The position numbers and the translations under genes are program-made. 64,000 nt of DNA. It comes from Lingula anatina. Its lineage: Eukaryota > Animalia > Brachiopoda. The DNA is taken from the NCBI GenBank assembly GCA_051362555.1, contig CM120647.1, positions 18,886,651 to 18,950,650 of the forward strand, given 5' to 3'. Below, piece by piece: positions 26,805-38,223 of this stretch; within the stretch, counting starts at the first letter, position 1, and every line of letters starts with the position of its first letter. The notes below the pieces were generated by a model. The model had not been told where the DNA came from. It worked only from the letters and a program-made list of their open reading frames with translations, and ran no database searches.

Positions 26805-27752
26805 TTAACTATTAATCGACACCAAAAGTGTAGTGCTAACATTCGGATCATGACCATGTATGCAAGTCTATATGGCAGGCCGAATTGTACTGGATACCCC
26901 TTCTTTACTATACATACTCTAATAACCAGAATAAACCCATTCAACCTTTGTTAAAACAATTGACCAACCTGTTTACGTGTAAAGACAGCCAATGTAACGT
27001 GACAGACAGTCCCCCATGATAGAGAGTCCGCTTCTTATTCATTTGTACAGGTAAGCCTCGCCCTAGATTTCGACCCACTTAGGTCAGACTAACCCTAACC
27101 ATTATGAATAAATGGAGACGAACTTTCTGTCACACGGACCCTTAGTTTCGTTACACCGCTCGGTAGCCACCACCTAAATTCATGCAACACCTCACCTGTG
27201 TTCCATTTTCATACTGTGTCCAATTTACGCCATTCTCACTGTATTCCAGAGCATAGTTCCTAACCCACTGTTGATTATCCGGGTCATTCGATCCTAGGGT
27301 AATTTAAACGGAGTTGAAATATATATTGTTCAAACAATGTGCCAAATAATGACAAACAATTGCTACTTAATTGTTATGAAATACCGACCGTAACCAGCCG
27401 ACAACAGATCACACAAACAATAGCCAAGAACCATGTGCCGAGCTCATCATGCAGAAACCTAGATATTTTTGAAAAAAAAAAAGCTTGATCTAACAAAACT
27501 GAATTCTTTACACGTACCTTGAGTTACCACGCCAGTTATAATATAAAGCTGATCAAAGGATACTTGGACCCAAGGCTCGGTGTCTTCATTTGCAAAATAG
27601 CAGCCACTTGGGCCATACAGGCTGAAATAAGGACAAAGGTGGAAGATATTCATTGTCTTAGTCGGCATCTGGTTTCGTTAGTTCCGGTGTCAGGGCATTT
27701 TTTTTTATCATTGGCATAAAATAGTCAGTATTTTGGATGTGATTGGTTCTGC

Positions 27753-27803
<51 letters not shown>

Positions 27804-30800
27804 TGATGATTTTTTCACATTTGACTCCTCTTTTTACTTACTATATGTTCTCAGCTGTACAATTGTTGTCTGTTGAGTTGGAATGCGTTATAGTGACGGT
27901 ACTCGAGTAGGTGTGGATCAAAGGAGTGTGACACGGAGCTGAAGGTAGAGATAGATACAAACACACGATACAGATTTGTTGATAGACACAATATTTCATT
28001 ACTATGGATATGAAATTCGTGTCCATTTATGTGCATGAGAACTGATCACGTTTAGTTAAGAGAAGAGCTCATATTGACGGCCGCTAATAGACGGCGCTGG
28101 GATCGCAGTGACTATTAAATTGTCCGGATGCATATTAATTAATGCACAAATGCAGATATAGAGTTTATGAAAGAGTGAATGAATAATTGACCATTGCTCT
28201 TTTTCAATGCCTTTTTTAGCCAAAATCTGACGTACAGAACAACACATTAATATATCGATTGCTCACGAAAAAACGTGATATTTTCTACCAATGTTTATCA
28301 TAAGATACAGAGAGCAGAATCTGACCTGTCGGATTGCACTGCACTTTTCTAGATGCGGCTCCTTCTGTTTCGCTTATCCAATAATATCCTTCCAAAAGGA
28401 CCCCCTGTGACGCTAGAGCCACACACGACGGTGCACGGTGATAATAGAAGCCTGGATAGACAGAAACATACGCCTAACATGGGCTCAATTTGCTGAGCGA
28501 AATACGTCATGTTTTGTATATACAGTACAAATTAGCTACGAATTTCTTGCAGCACACTATGAGAGTATTAAATCTGTCACTATAACCAGTTCACTCGTCT
28601 TCAAAATTCTGGGACACGTGCCAAAGTAAAACTTGACTTACATGTTCATGTACCAATGCAATGGACCGTGTTCTTTTTTTCTCTTTTTTGATTAATTTTA
28701 ATTTCGTCGGGGGAGACTACATTGTCCCCTTTTTTCTTAATAGCCAAAAGCCAGACAGGGTTAACGCACATGTGGATATCATCTAACCAAGGAGAGACCC
28801 TTAATTGTCATTTGTGTCTAGAGGTAATATTTTTAAAGACGATATATTTAAATGGATGCGTTCTCACCTATCAGGTACACATTGACCACGTTTGTTCCGC
28901 CACAGTGTTGCATAGGGTTGTACGGACACCCCAGAGAGCATGCGCTGGAGGACTGGCTTCCGGTGGGTTTGGTTTCCACACACAGGCATTCATCATTGGA
29001 TATAGCGGCGTAAGGCAAGTCATTCCCTTCAGTAAAGAATTACATACACGCTTAAAATTCATACAATGTGCATTGAACCTTTATATGAAAATAATAATAA
29101 TAATAATAATACATGTAATAATAATTGTTTTCATGGACATTTCAACAATTTCATGCACATTTATAACCATGGCACATCCTATCCAAAACTATAAATATAA
29201 AATTAATAAATTCGTTTTAGACTTCTCAAGTTCTATATTTTTTCTTTTACAAATGATGACGTCAGTTTTTTTTACTATCATTATCTTTTTTTTTATTGTA
29301 GTGGTTTATTTCTGTAAATATCATTATCGTTTCAAGGGATTGCTTGAATACCATACCTCTGCAGTATTCTATGCACAGTAAACTGTTCATGAGCCTTGGG
29401 TGCGAAACTTTTGCCTGGTGTGACGACGGCTTTGTGTAACAGCCACCAAAACCTAAGAAAAATGGAGTATGTTCAGCCATTGGTTGAGTATTTCATATGA
29501 CCCTATAAGGCAAATTCAAAGGTTTCTTAAAACGCGCAGAGAAGCTGGGATATAAGTATTCAGAACAGTCATATGCATTTACTTAACCTTTGATAAAGAC
29601 TTTCAGTGCACGGCATGATCGATTGCAATAATTATTTAAAATTCCCCAATCCTTTCCATTCATTATCATGTGCAAGTTTTTTTTTTATCAAGAATAGTGA
29701 GTAAAAAGAGACTCTAGTAGTTCTACTAAGTCATTGTAACATTGAACGGGATACTTAGCTGACCCTGCCCATTTTGAGAGATTAACAACCAGTCTTATTA
29801 ATAAGCTGTACAACTACTTGTTTTTATATAATTGGGCCATCTAAGTAGAGCTCCTTGCACTCGTCAAGGCCAACTGATTACCTTAACTTAACAACTGGAA
29901 GCAAACTCGCAGAGAAATTGTGAAAGGGGGTAAAACCTCCTGTAGCTTAAGTGCAATTTACATGTAAAGACCTTTTGAAGTGGATCGATCCAGTTAAGTA
30001 TACCGATCGATGCTACGAGAGTCCTAGAGCCCATTTCCATACCTAGATCGATCTAACAGTATCGACCCATCTCCGAGGGGTTTCTCGCTATAGGGCCTAT
30101 TGCTTTCAGCTTTAGCGGCTTAGCTGTCTGGCGCTCCTATTGAAGCTGCTAAACGATACCTTATAACCCCCTGACGGCTTCAGTTGGCGTGCCAGACATC
30201 AGAGCTGCTTAAGCTGAAAGCAATTTAGCGAGAAACCCTCGGAGATGGGTCGATCCTGTTAGATCGATCTAGGTATGGGAACGGGGTCCTAAACATACGG
30301 CACATAATTATTTACTTGTATTTAAAGTTAATCCTTACCGTAACTCGTCTCACAAAGAGCTGATCCGGCACTGTAACTAAGCTCTGTATTAATTAACGTC
30401 CAGTTAGCAAGCCTATTATAAACTACTTTCACTTTCAGCGCCGCTTTCGGAAATCCGCTATCCCAGTTGGTGTACTTCAGGAAGGAACCATCTGCAGCAG
30501 TGAAGTCGAGGCTGTAAGACGGATCAAACAACCCACACAATACGTTGGCTGAGGATGCTGTACTGTTGAACTGTAAGTATATAGTTACATTTAATCTAAG
30601 TTATACTGTTTAAATTTTTCTTGACTTAAAAATTAAGAGATTGATTATCGACAAACGTACTTTCCCGGCATGCCTCTTAAGTCAGAGTACAAATTAAATA
30701 AATATGTAAAAGGAACCCCAAAACAGCAATATCATTATATTTTGATTATAATAGTTTACGTCAATAATATTTGTAACCCATTTTAAAACTTAGCCAACTT

Positions 30801-32352
30801 AAATTTACCATGGTTTACTTTTACAATTTATTTCATTTTTTCTCGAATTTTTATGCACTTGTTGACTCGTATTCACATTTCGAAATCCCGTTAAACCCCC
30901 TTTACACTGGACGGCGTCCTTTCTGCTAAAACTGACATCGCCGGGGTCTTAGAAAGGAGGCACAATGCTCAGTGATCAGCTGGTTATCGGCATGTAAAGT
31001 TTTTCATTTCATTTATGTATTACCTTGGTCTCTTGAGGACCATTAGTCTAGTACTGGTACAAATGTTACAACGACTATAGTTACAACAACTATAGGGTTA
31101 TTACAAAGAAAAATTATAATAGTAATAATCGCAATCATAATCATCATAACAATAATAATAGTATCTGCAGTAAATTAAATACTTGAGTACTTAAGTAAAT
31201 AAACTACTGAAATAAATTAAATTAAATCAAATTGAATCAAATGAGATCAAATTGGATCAAATTAGATCAAATTAGATTAGATCTCATACCGAAGCCTTCC
31301 TGCTTGGCTAAGATATCGTGCCAGGTTACATAATACTTTCTTACTGGTATTATTTGTTTTTAGTCTTAAACGGGGTCCTACTAAGAGACGCAGACAGGAC
31401 GCCGTCCAGTGTAAAGGTTATACGGCACTTCCGGCCTTCCTTGTTTAGCAAGTTTGAATCAAGAAGATTTGCATATAAGAGAAAAATGAGTTTATTTTTC
31501 AATTTTGGATCATTTGAAAATTTTGAAATAAATTTTAGAAATAAATTTGTTCATTTACCTTTAATTTGATGTGTTTTTTTTCATATCAGAGTGAAATGTT
31601 ACTGCCTGGGGCCAGTTTTACATGCCCTCCCCTCTGCTGCATTTTAGTGCTTATTTTGGCTGACTGGCGGCAGCACCTTACGGGTCATGTCATGTCACTG
31701 GCAAGCTATGCCATTAATGTACCCTGATTTTTTAATATTGTTTAGGCCTTGAATAGAAGTATTTAAACCTGAAGTGTTGTGTTTGTTGATGCATGGGAAA
31801 TATTTTTAAGAGAATTAAACGTTACAATGGAAGTGAATGGGATTTTTAATAGTGGTTTGTAACCTAAATGGGACTTTACACGTACCAAGCACGATACAGC
31901 ATTTAAACAATTACGAGTACCGGTATTTTTTCACTTTATCTATTTAAAAAAATCCAATTTATGCCATGTACATGTATATACAATCTCACCGTAATAATAT
32001 CGTTGACATGATCCTTTTCTTCTTGTACGTTGATGACGTTCAGATACCCCCCGCTGTCAACACACTGCCGTCTATAATCCCACGTGTGGGACTCACTGAA
32101 TATAAACTTGTAGCAACTTCCTTGGAAGCCGTAAGACCAGCCCGCCGGGCACACAGTACTGTCAGATGTGGGGCCTGTGTAAATGAATTAAAAGAAAAAG
32201 AAATGAGGCACTCAATTGCTGAAGCAAATGAAAATGTGATAAAATACAAATCGAAAAATCTGGTGAGGGGCGGGGGGGGGGGGGGGGGGGGAGGGGGGAG
32301 ATTTGCTCTGGAAAGTCTCCCGGTCCACAATGAAATGCAAAACTACTACTAT

Positions 32353-32390
<38 letters not shown>

Positions 32391-34353
32391 ATAATAATAA
32401 TAATGATAATTAGGATGATGATGATAGCGGTGATGGTGGTTATAATGGGAATAATGTTTACTCGCAACTATAAATAGCTCAATTGCATACTATTAATCAA
32501 TTTTGAAAACGTAATAAGAGTACCAATAAACAGCTATAGTGCTTATTCGAGGTCATATCAAAATTTATGTAATACTACAATGCGTGACTCCTTTTAAGGT
32601 GAAAGTCGACTACTCTGCAGCAGACATTTATGACCTTGCTTGACCTACAGATAAGTACATAAGCAGGACAAGCTAGTTGAATAAACAAATATTGGAGTGG
32701 GTGGCGTATAGTTTTTACATCTGGACTCAATAAAACGATATTTAGTACGAGATACATGAAACACGGGCGTGACATTATATTGATCTACATTAATTATAAA
32801 TACAATCAATGAGAATTACGTCAAGATGGAGGATGCAAGGTATACTAATCGACCAAGCATTTATTGCCCCCCTGGAGCCGTATACTACAAATGTAGTTCT
32901 AAAAATTGACGACATAATTGTAATCAAACATAGAGCGATGAAGTCCTTCAATTATTTTTAAGTTAAATAATTACACAGGCATATACAAGTGTATTTAGTT
33001 CAGCGACAAAGACAACGAAAAAACAGCCTGTAATGAGACAGTATTAATAGGGGTGACTCACATTAAGACTAAACAATATAAGGTTAAAAAATATCGATTC
33101 TTACGGAATACATTAACAATATATTATCTCAAAACAATTCCGACTAAAATGCATTGGCTCAGCTCATTTATCATTATCCTACATGATTTCAAATGACAAA
33201 GCGTAAAATTTCAAACAAAAGTTAAATTATAAACTCCGTTTTTCATTTTTTTCAGATCATTTAAAGAGATAATAACATGAAGCACTTGCAAAAGGGCTCT
33301 TGTATCGGTATTTGGAGCTTTTCATAGCGCAAGCTATATCGCCCATAGTTAATGCAGCGGTAGTGGTAGCGGTACCACAAAACCCAGTACCACAGGATGG
33401 AATCAGAGGAATCACTAAATGGTATTACAAATACATTTGGACCATAACTGATTCCATTGGATAATTAGATTGTATGAGTTGAACAGAAAAACCGATCTTA
33501 GTAATAAACGGTGCCAACCGACCTGTACCGATCGTTGTTGTTTCAGCTTCCGTAGTAGTAGCAGTTCTGGTAGTCGTAGGTGCCTGGGTGGTTGTTACCG
33601 CAGCAGTTGTGGGTGCCTGGGTGGTTGTTACCGCAACACTGGTGGTTGTAGGTGCCTGGGTGGTTGTTACCGCAGCACTGGTGGTCGTAGGTGCCTGGGT
33701 GGTTGTTACCGCAGCAGTTGTGGGTGCCTGGGTGGTTGTTACAACAGTGGTGGTAGTCGTGGGTGCCTGGGTGGTTGTTTCCGCAGCAGTTGTGGGTGCC
33801 TGGGTGGTTGTTACCGCAGCACTGGTGGTCGTAGGTGCCTGGGTGGTTGTTACAACAGTGGTGGTGGTTGTAGGTGCCTGGGTGGTTGTTACAACAGTGG
33901 TAGTGGTTGTAGGGGTTGTAGTTGTCGTGGTCGGTGTGGTCGGTACAGCTGATTGCATTGAGAAATGTACATCATTTATTTATGTAGAAAGTAAAAAACG
34001 ACGGGCGCCTGTATATATGTAATACGTGTACAGTGCAGGTATTTAAGTCAAACCCGCAATACTATGAAAGTAAACATAAATCAATGCGTAAAGCATTGCA
34101 TGGCTAAAGCATTATGAGCACAGCATTAGTAGACAAGGGTAAATATCCTGTTGAAATATGACCAAAAAGTATAATGAATTATTGAAACCACCAGGGGTGC
34201 GTTTCATATAATGCCTTTTTAAAACCTGAACTTCAGCAAACCGATGATGTTGCTTGAATAAAATGTGGCGATAATGAAGTTTGTAAACCCATAATTTTTT
34301 AAGAAATTCGCTTAAAATTGCACTTAAAGGATGGGGACATGAAATGTTCTGCA

Positions 34354-34396
<43 letters not shown>

Positions 34397-35830
34397 GTGT
34401 ATGAAAGTGCTCATGCATATGTGTGCGTGTGAGTTGATGGAAAGACCTCAACTCTTACTTGCTCCACCATGGCGACAAAGCACCGCATAACTCTCAGCAT
34501 CACAGTCCACCATCTTAAACTGACAGGCCGCGGTATCTGAGGTACAGTCCAACGTTACACAGTCCCCGCATTTTCCGTTGGAGCACTCGTTAAGCCACGG
34601 CATATACCCGGCGGCTTGCAGCTGAGGGGTCTGCCACTGCCAGTACCGGTTTGTTCCACCGCCGGTCTCTGGTACGATGTCCTTCAACGAGACGCGGTAC
34701 TCTTTTCTGAAATACAGATATTGAAAGATGTGTGGCCTTTTTTTTTCTCCTTCTGGTTTTAAACTTTGAGGGTCACTTTTGGCTGCTTGATACTATACAG
34801 TACATACTGGATATCTCTTGAAGACATATTAAAACTCGGATAATTCTACAAAGGTGGGTGGAGCGGCTTTTGTCCTAGCCGCCGTTCGGAGGGAATAAGC
34901 TGGTTAGACACACAGACATCCGCGTATTTTTTTTTTTTTTTTGACAACAAAATTACTTCATAAATGTTTCATACATGTGTCTCGTAAAAAGACACTGGAG
35001 TCAAATTATGCGCACAAAGTAGCTGTTGGTTTTCTTATTTGATTATATTTTAGTTGCTTTTAAATTGTGATTTATTTTGTAACTTCTGCCCACGTTAAGA
35101 TAGCTTTGCTCTCTATCTATCTATCTGAGTACCACTACCGGCGAGGCGTTATTTGTCTTCTAACCCACTGAACCGAACTATTAAATAAAAACCTTTAAAA
35201 GTATTGCTTAGCAAAGAAGCTACTCACTTTAACGCCGAAACGACCTTTATACGGTCATACAGCGCCTGGCGCTCTGCGGATGACTCTATCCACGCCAACT
35301 TCCAGGAGCCGCCGCCGTCGTTACACTCAGACTCGGCCTCAGAATAGCTCTCTTCATCTTCATAGTCAATGTACCACACAGTGTCCGCAATGCCGGGTAC
35401 ACAGAACATTTCCGCTTGGTCGGTGTTGACTAGAGGGTCGGGCGCCCTGCACGTGGCCGGCAAATCTGGCTCACTGTTGATCGGGGCGAAAAGGTTGGCT
35501 GGAACGTACGGGGGAAAGGCATTAGGTTGTCATTTAGCTTTTTAACTGAAACGTGTGGGGCAAATAACTATTTCACTTTTAGTATCTTTGTGTGTGCGTG
35601 AGTTTGCCGCAAACAAGAGAATACATGTAATTTTAATTTTAAAAATACAATATTACAGAGACTACATTGTGTTTTACACGTATCAGTATGTATCCACGGT
35701 AAAGCAAGTAAGGTCTGCTTACAATGACACTGAATACCGGTAAACGAATTTCTAATATTTTGGTCTCTAATAACACTCTGTCATTTAACTTACCTGATAC
35801 TAGGAGCGTCACGAATATACGGGTATCCAT
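22574..35830 (-). CDS. Gene 2A: secreted mosaic lectin-like protein, about 1027 aa (signal peptide, atypical CTLD, Thr-rich stalk, CTLD, WSC, fibrinogen-N-like module, FA58C, WSC, 3x CCP/sushi); 19 coding exons
   Basis: Exons on -: 35830-35794, 35498-35228, 34706-34459, 33948-33523 (alternative donor 33529), 32174-31990, 30570-30339, 29452-29357, 29026-28868, 28451-28326, 27938-27842, 27621-27518, 27293-27196, 26612-26456, 25663-25514, 24832-24701, 24458-24273, 23889-23698, 23191-23009, 22578-22574 (GCG TAG). Phases are consistent and the total is 3084 nt. Motifs: MDTRIFVTLLVSANLFAPINS (signal), CPAGWSYGFQGSCYKF (CTLD), YVGC..CIDLC..YAGLQ..CSC..CGG (WSC), PWVQVSF..ITGVVTQG and ARYVRVYP..SLRLELNGC (FA58C), VTYSCLPGY..ITC..WT...PDC (CCP). 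Confidence 0.85.
25966..26249. mobile_element. TA-targeting MITE, specific to copy A
   Basis: TA-CCCGCACGAAAA ... TTTTCTTGCGGG-TA. Copy B has the empty site GAAATATTAACAG near 49155-49167. Confidence 0.78.
30026..30288. mobile_element. Harbinger-like MITE (TAGATCGATCTA family), near-perfect foldback
   Basis: About 110-bp inverted arms CCTAGATCGATCTAACAG..CGACCCATCTCCGAGGG. A truncated ortholog lies at 52686-52891. Confidence 0.7.
30895..31419. mobile_element. MITE with ~25-bp TIRs, part of an insertion specific to copy A
   Basis: CCTTTACACTGGACGGCGTCCT versus AGGACGCCGTCCAGTGTAAAGG. Absent from the equivalent copy B intron near 53445. Confidence 0.7.
33523..33948 (-). repeat. Coding tandem repeat: mucin-like VTTTQAPTT units (2A stalk)
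   Basis: About nine 33-39 nt units containing ACCACCCAGGCACC; ORF 33425-33958 reads TTTQAPTT repeats. Confidence 0.9.
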
Positions 35831-36067
35831 CGTACATGTATGTGTTGACTGAACGATTGACGACACCCTTGGACGGAATCAGTATCCTTACGTGGTCTAG
35901 TTACCTGTTTGTAAACTGTCAAAAGACACTTCAGAATTAAAATAAATTAAAAATAAATAAATAGAAGGGATGGTTAAAAAAGATGAACACTAGCTAAAGT
36001 AAATGAATGAAAAATATGTTTGTTAAAAAACCGTGATTTTGGGCATGTAAATGACAAACGGTCAAAT

Positions 36068-36111
<44 letters not shown>

Positions 36112-36165
36112 TCCGGTAACCATTAAAAGGACATTGGCCTGGCAACTTAAAAAAATTCTGTTTAA

Positions 36166-38223
36166 CCCTCAATCACCTTTCAGGGGCCTCGCAGGCCCGG
36201 ACCCATGTATCTTTTGCTCTCTCTTCGTTCGCATGAGGTTTTGAGCCTCTTCCTTTCATGTAATCCTCAAGCAACTTATACCCCATCAATGGATAAATAA
36301 TTAGTTTTGAAATAATTTACACCATATGTAGAAATTAACTTTTCCAAAAGTTAGTCCCATTTCCTGGAAACTGGGCCTCTGAGGCCCGGTTGCTTTATAA
36401 TTTTACTTCCACATGGGATAAATAAGTCCATGTTACCTCAAATAGCTTTGCTATAAAATGTTTTACACAAGCAATATCATGTGTGCTATGACTATCAGTA
36501 TGGTCAATGAAATCTGCCTGTGAAAGATTCAAGACCTGGAGAAATTATTATTTATGAGTAATCGGTCACCTTGGTCACCTGATATGCAGATATCAGTTTA
36601 AATCTATCATTATTACATACCTGATAGACTGCGCTACCTTTGCGAAACTTTCCATTTTGAGAAAAAAATAAAAAAACGTTTTTCTGCATTTTCCATACTC
36701 AGTGTATACTCATGCACCCAGGTGGAGGTTAAGGGAGCAAGGGACTGGTGTAACATGAAAATCTGACTCCCCCAGTCAGATTTTCATAATGAAAATCTGA
36801 CTCCCCATGAAAATTTGACTCCCCCACCACAAATGTTCATAAATCTTATTTTATTTGAGTATATGACTGTGATATTGTAGTATGTAAAATGGAGGATACT
36901 TTGGCACTTTTTTAAAGTTTGCAGGTGAATATTTTCATGAAAAAAATATGAAAATTAAAAATGTGCACTTAACCGCCCATTGTCTCCCCTTTGAAAACGC
37001 TATTTATTTGATATTGAATGATCATTTCTACATCTTTCCTTTAAATTTACTTTATGAAGATTATATTGGAAATATTTGAAAGTTTGATGGTAAACTATTG
37101 GGTGAAAAAACTAAAAAAAAAACATGAAAAATAGAAAATTAAAAATGTGCATTTTATCACCCAATAACTCCCCTATGAAAAAGCTATTTATTTGATATTT
37201 GATGATCATTCTGACATCTTTTCTATTAGGATGTGGTGGTGAAAATTTTGGTGAATATTTTTAAAACAAGTATTCATCTTACTACCTGTAGGTTTTGCAC
37301 TTCCATGTCAAAACGCTACATTTTTAACTCAAGAAATTGGCCCCATCGCCTTTTTACTGAATTCTTATGTAGCATACCCAGCATTTTACCATTCAAACTT
37401 TCAAATATTTCCAATATATATTCTTCATAAAGTATCCTTAAAGAAAAGATGTCAGAATGATCATCAAATATCAAATAAATAGCTTTTTCATAGGGGAGTC
37501 ATTGGGTGTTAGAATACAAATGTTTAATTTTTCTTATTTTTAATGTTTTTTTATTTTTTTTCACCCAATTTTTTAACCATCAAACTTTCAAGTACTTTCA
37601 ATATATTCCTCATAAAGTATCCTCAAAGAAAAGATGTCAGAATGATCATCAAATATCAAATAAATAGCTTTTTCATAGAGGGGTCATTGGGTGTTAGAAT
37701 ATAAATCTTTAATTTTTCTTATTTTTTAATGTGTTTTTTTATTATTATTATTTTTTTCACCCAATTTTTTAACCATCAAACTTTCAAGTACTTTCAATAT
37801 ATTCCTCATAAAGTATCCTCACAGAAAAGATGTTGAAATGGTCATCAGATGTCAAATAAATAGCTTTTTCATAGGGGAGTCTTGGGTGGTAAAATACAAA
37901 TCTTTAATTTTTTTATTTTTTCATGAAAATTTTCACCTGCAAACTAACAAAAAGTGCCAATGTGTCCTCCATTATGCATACAACAAGGTCATAGTCATTT
38001 ACTCAAATTAAATGAGATTTGTGAATGTTTTTTTGGGGGGAGTCAAAATTTCATAGGGGGAGTCACATTTTCATTATGAAAATCTGACTGGGGAGTCACA
38101 TTTTCATAATGAAAATCTGACTAGGGAGTCACATTTTAAGGGAGTCAGATTTTCATGGTACACCGGGCCTCGGAGGCCCGGTTTCAGGGTTTACGTAGGG
38201 TTCAATTTCCTTGTGGATGAGGG
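36166..38223. mobile_element. Non-autonomous piggyBac-like element with internal foldback arms, copy 1
   Basis: TTAA-CCCTCAATCAC ... GTGGATGAGGG-TTAA. Internal inverted arms carry ATGAAAATCTGACTCCC motifs and ~170-190 bp subrepeats. No transposase ORF. Confidence 0.8.

Larger units (their letters stand above)
20108..32949. repeat. Segmental duplication, copy A
   Basis: Collinear with 41220-54493 from TATTAACAAAGC.GATGCG to GATGAAGTCCTTC, covering both exons and introns. Confidence 0.9.
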
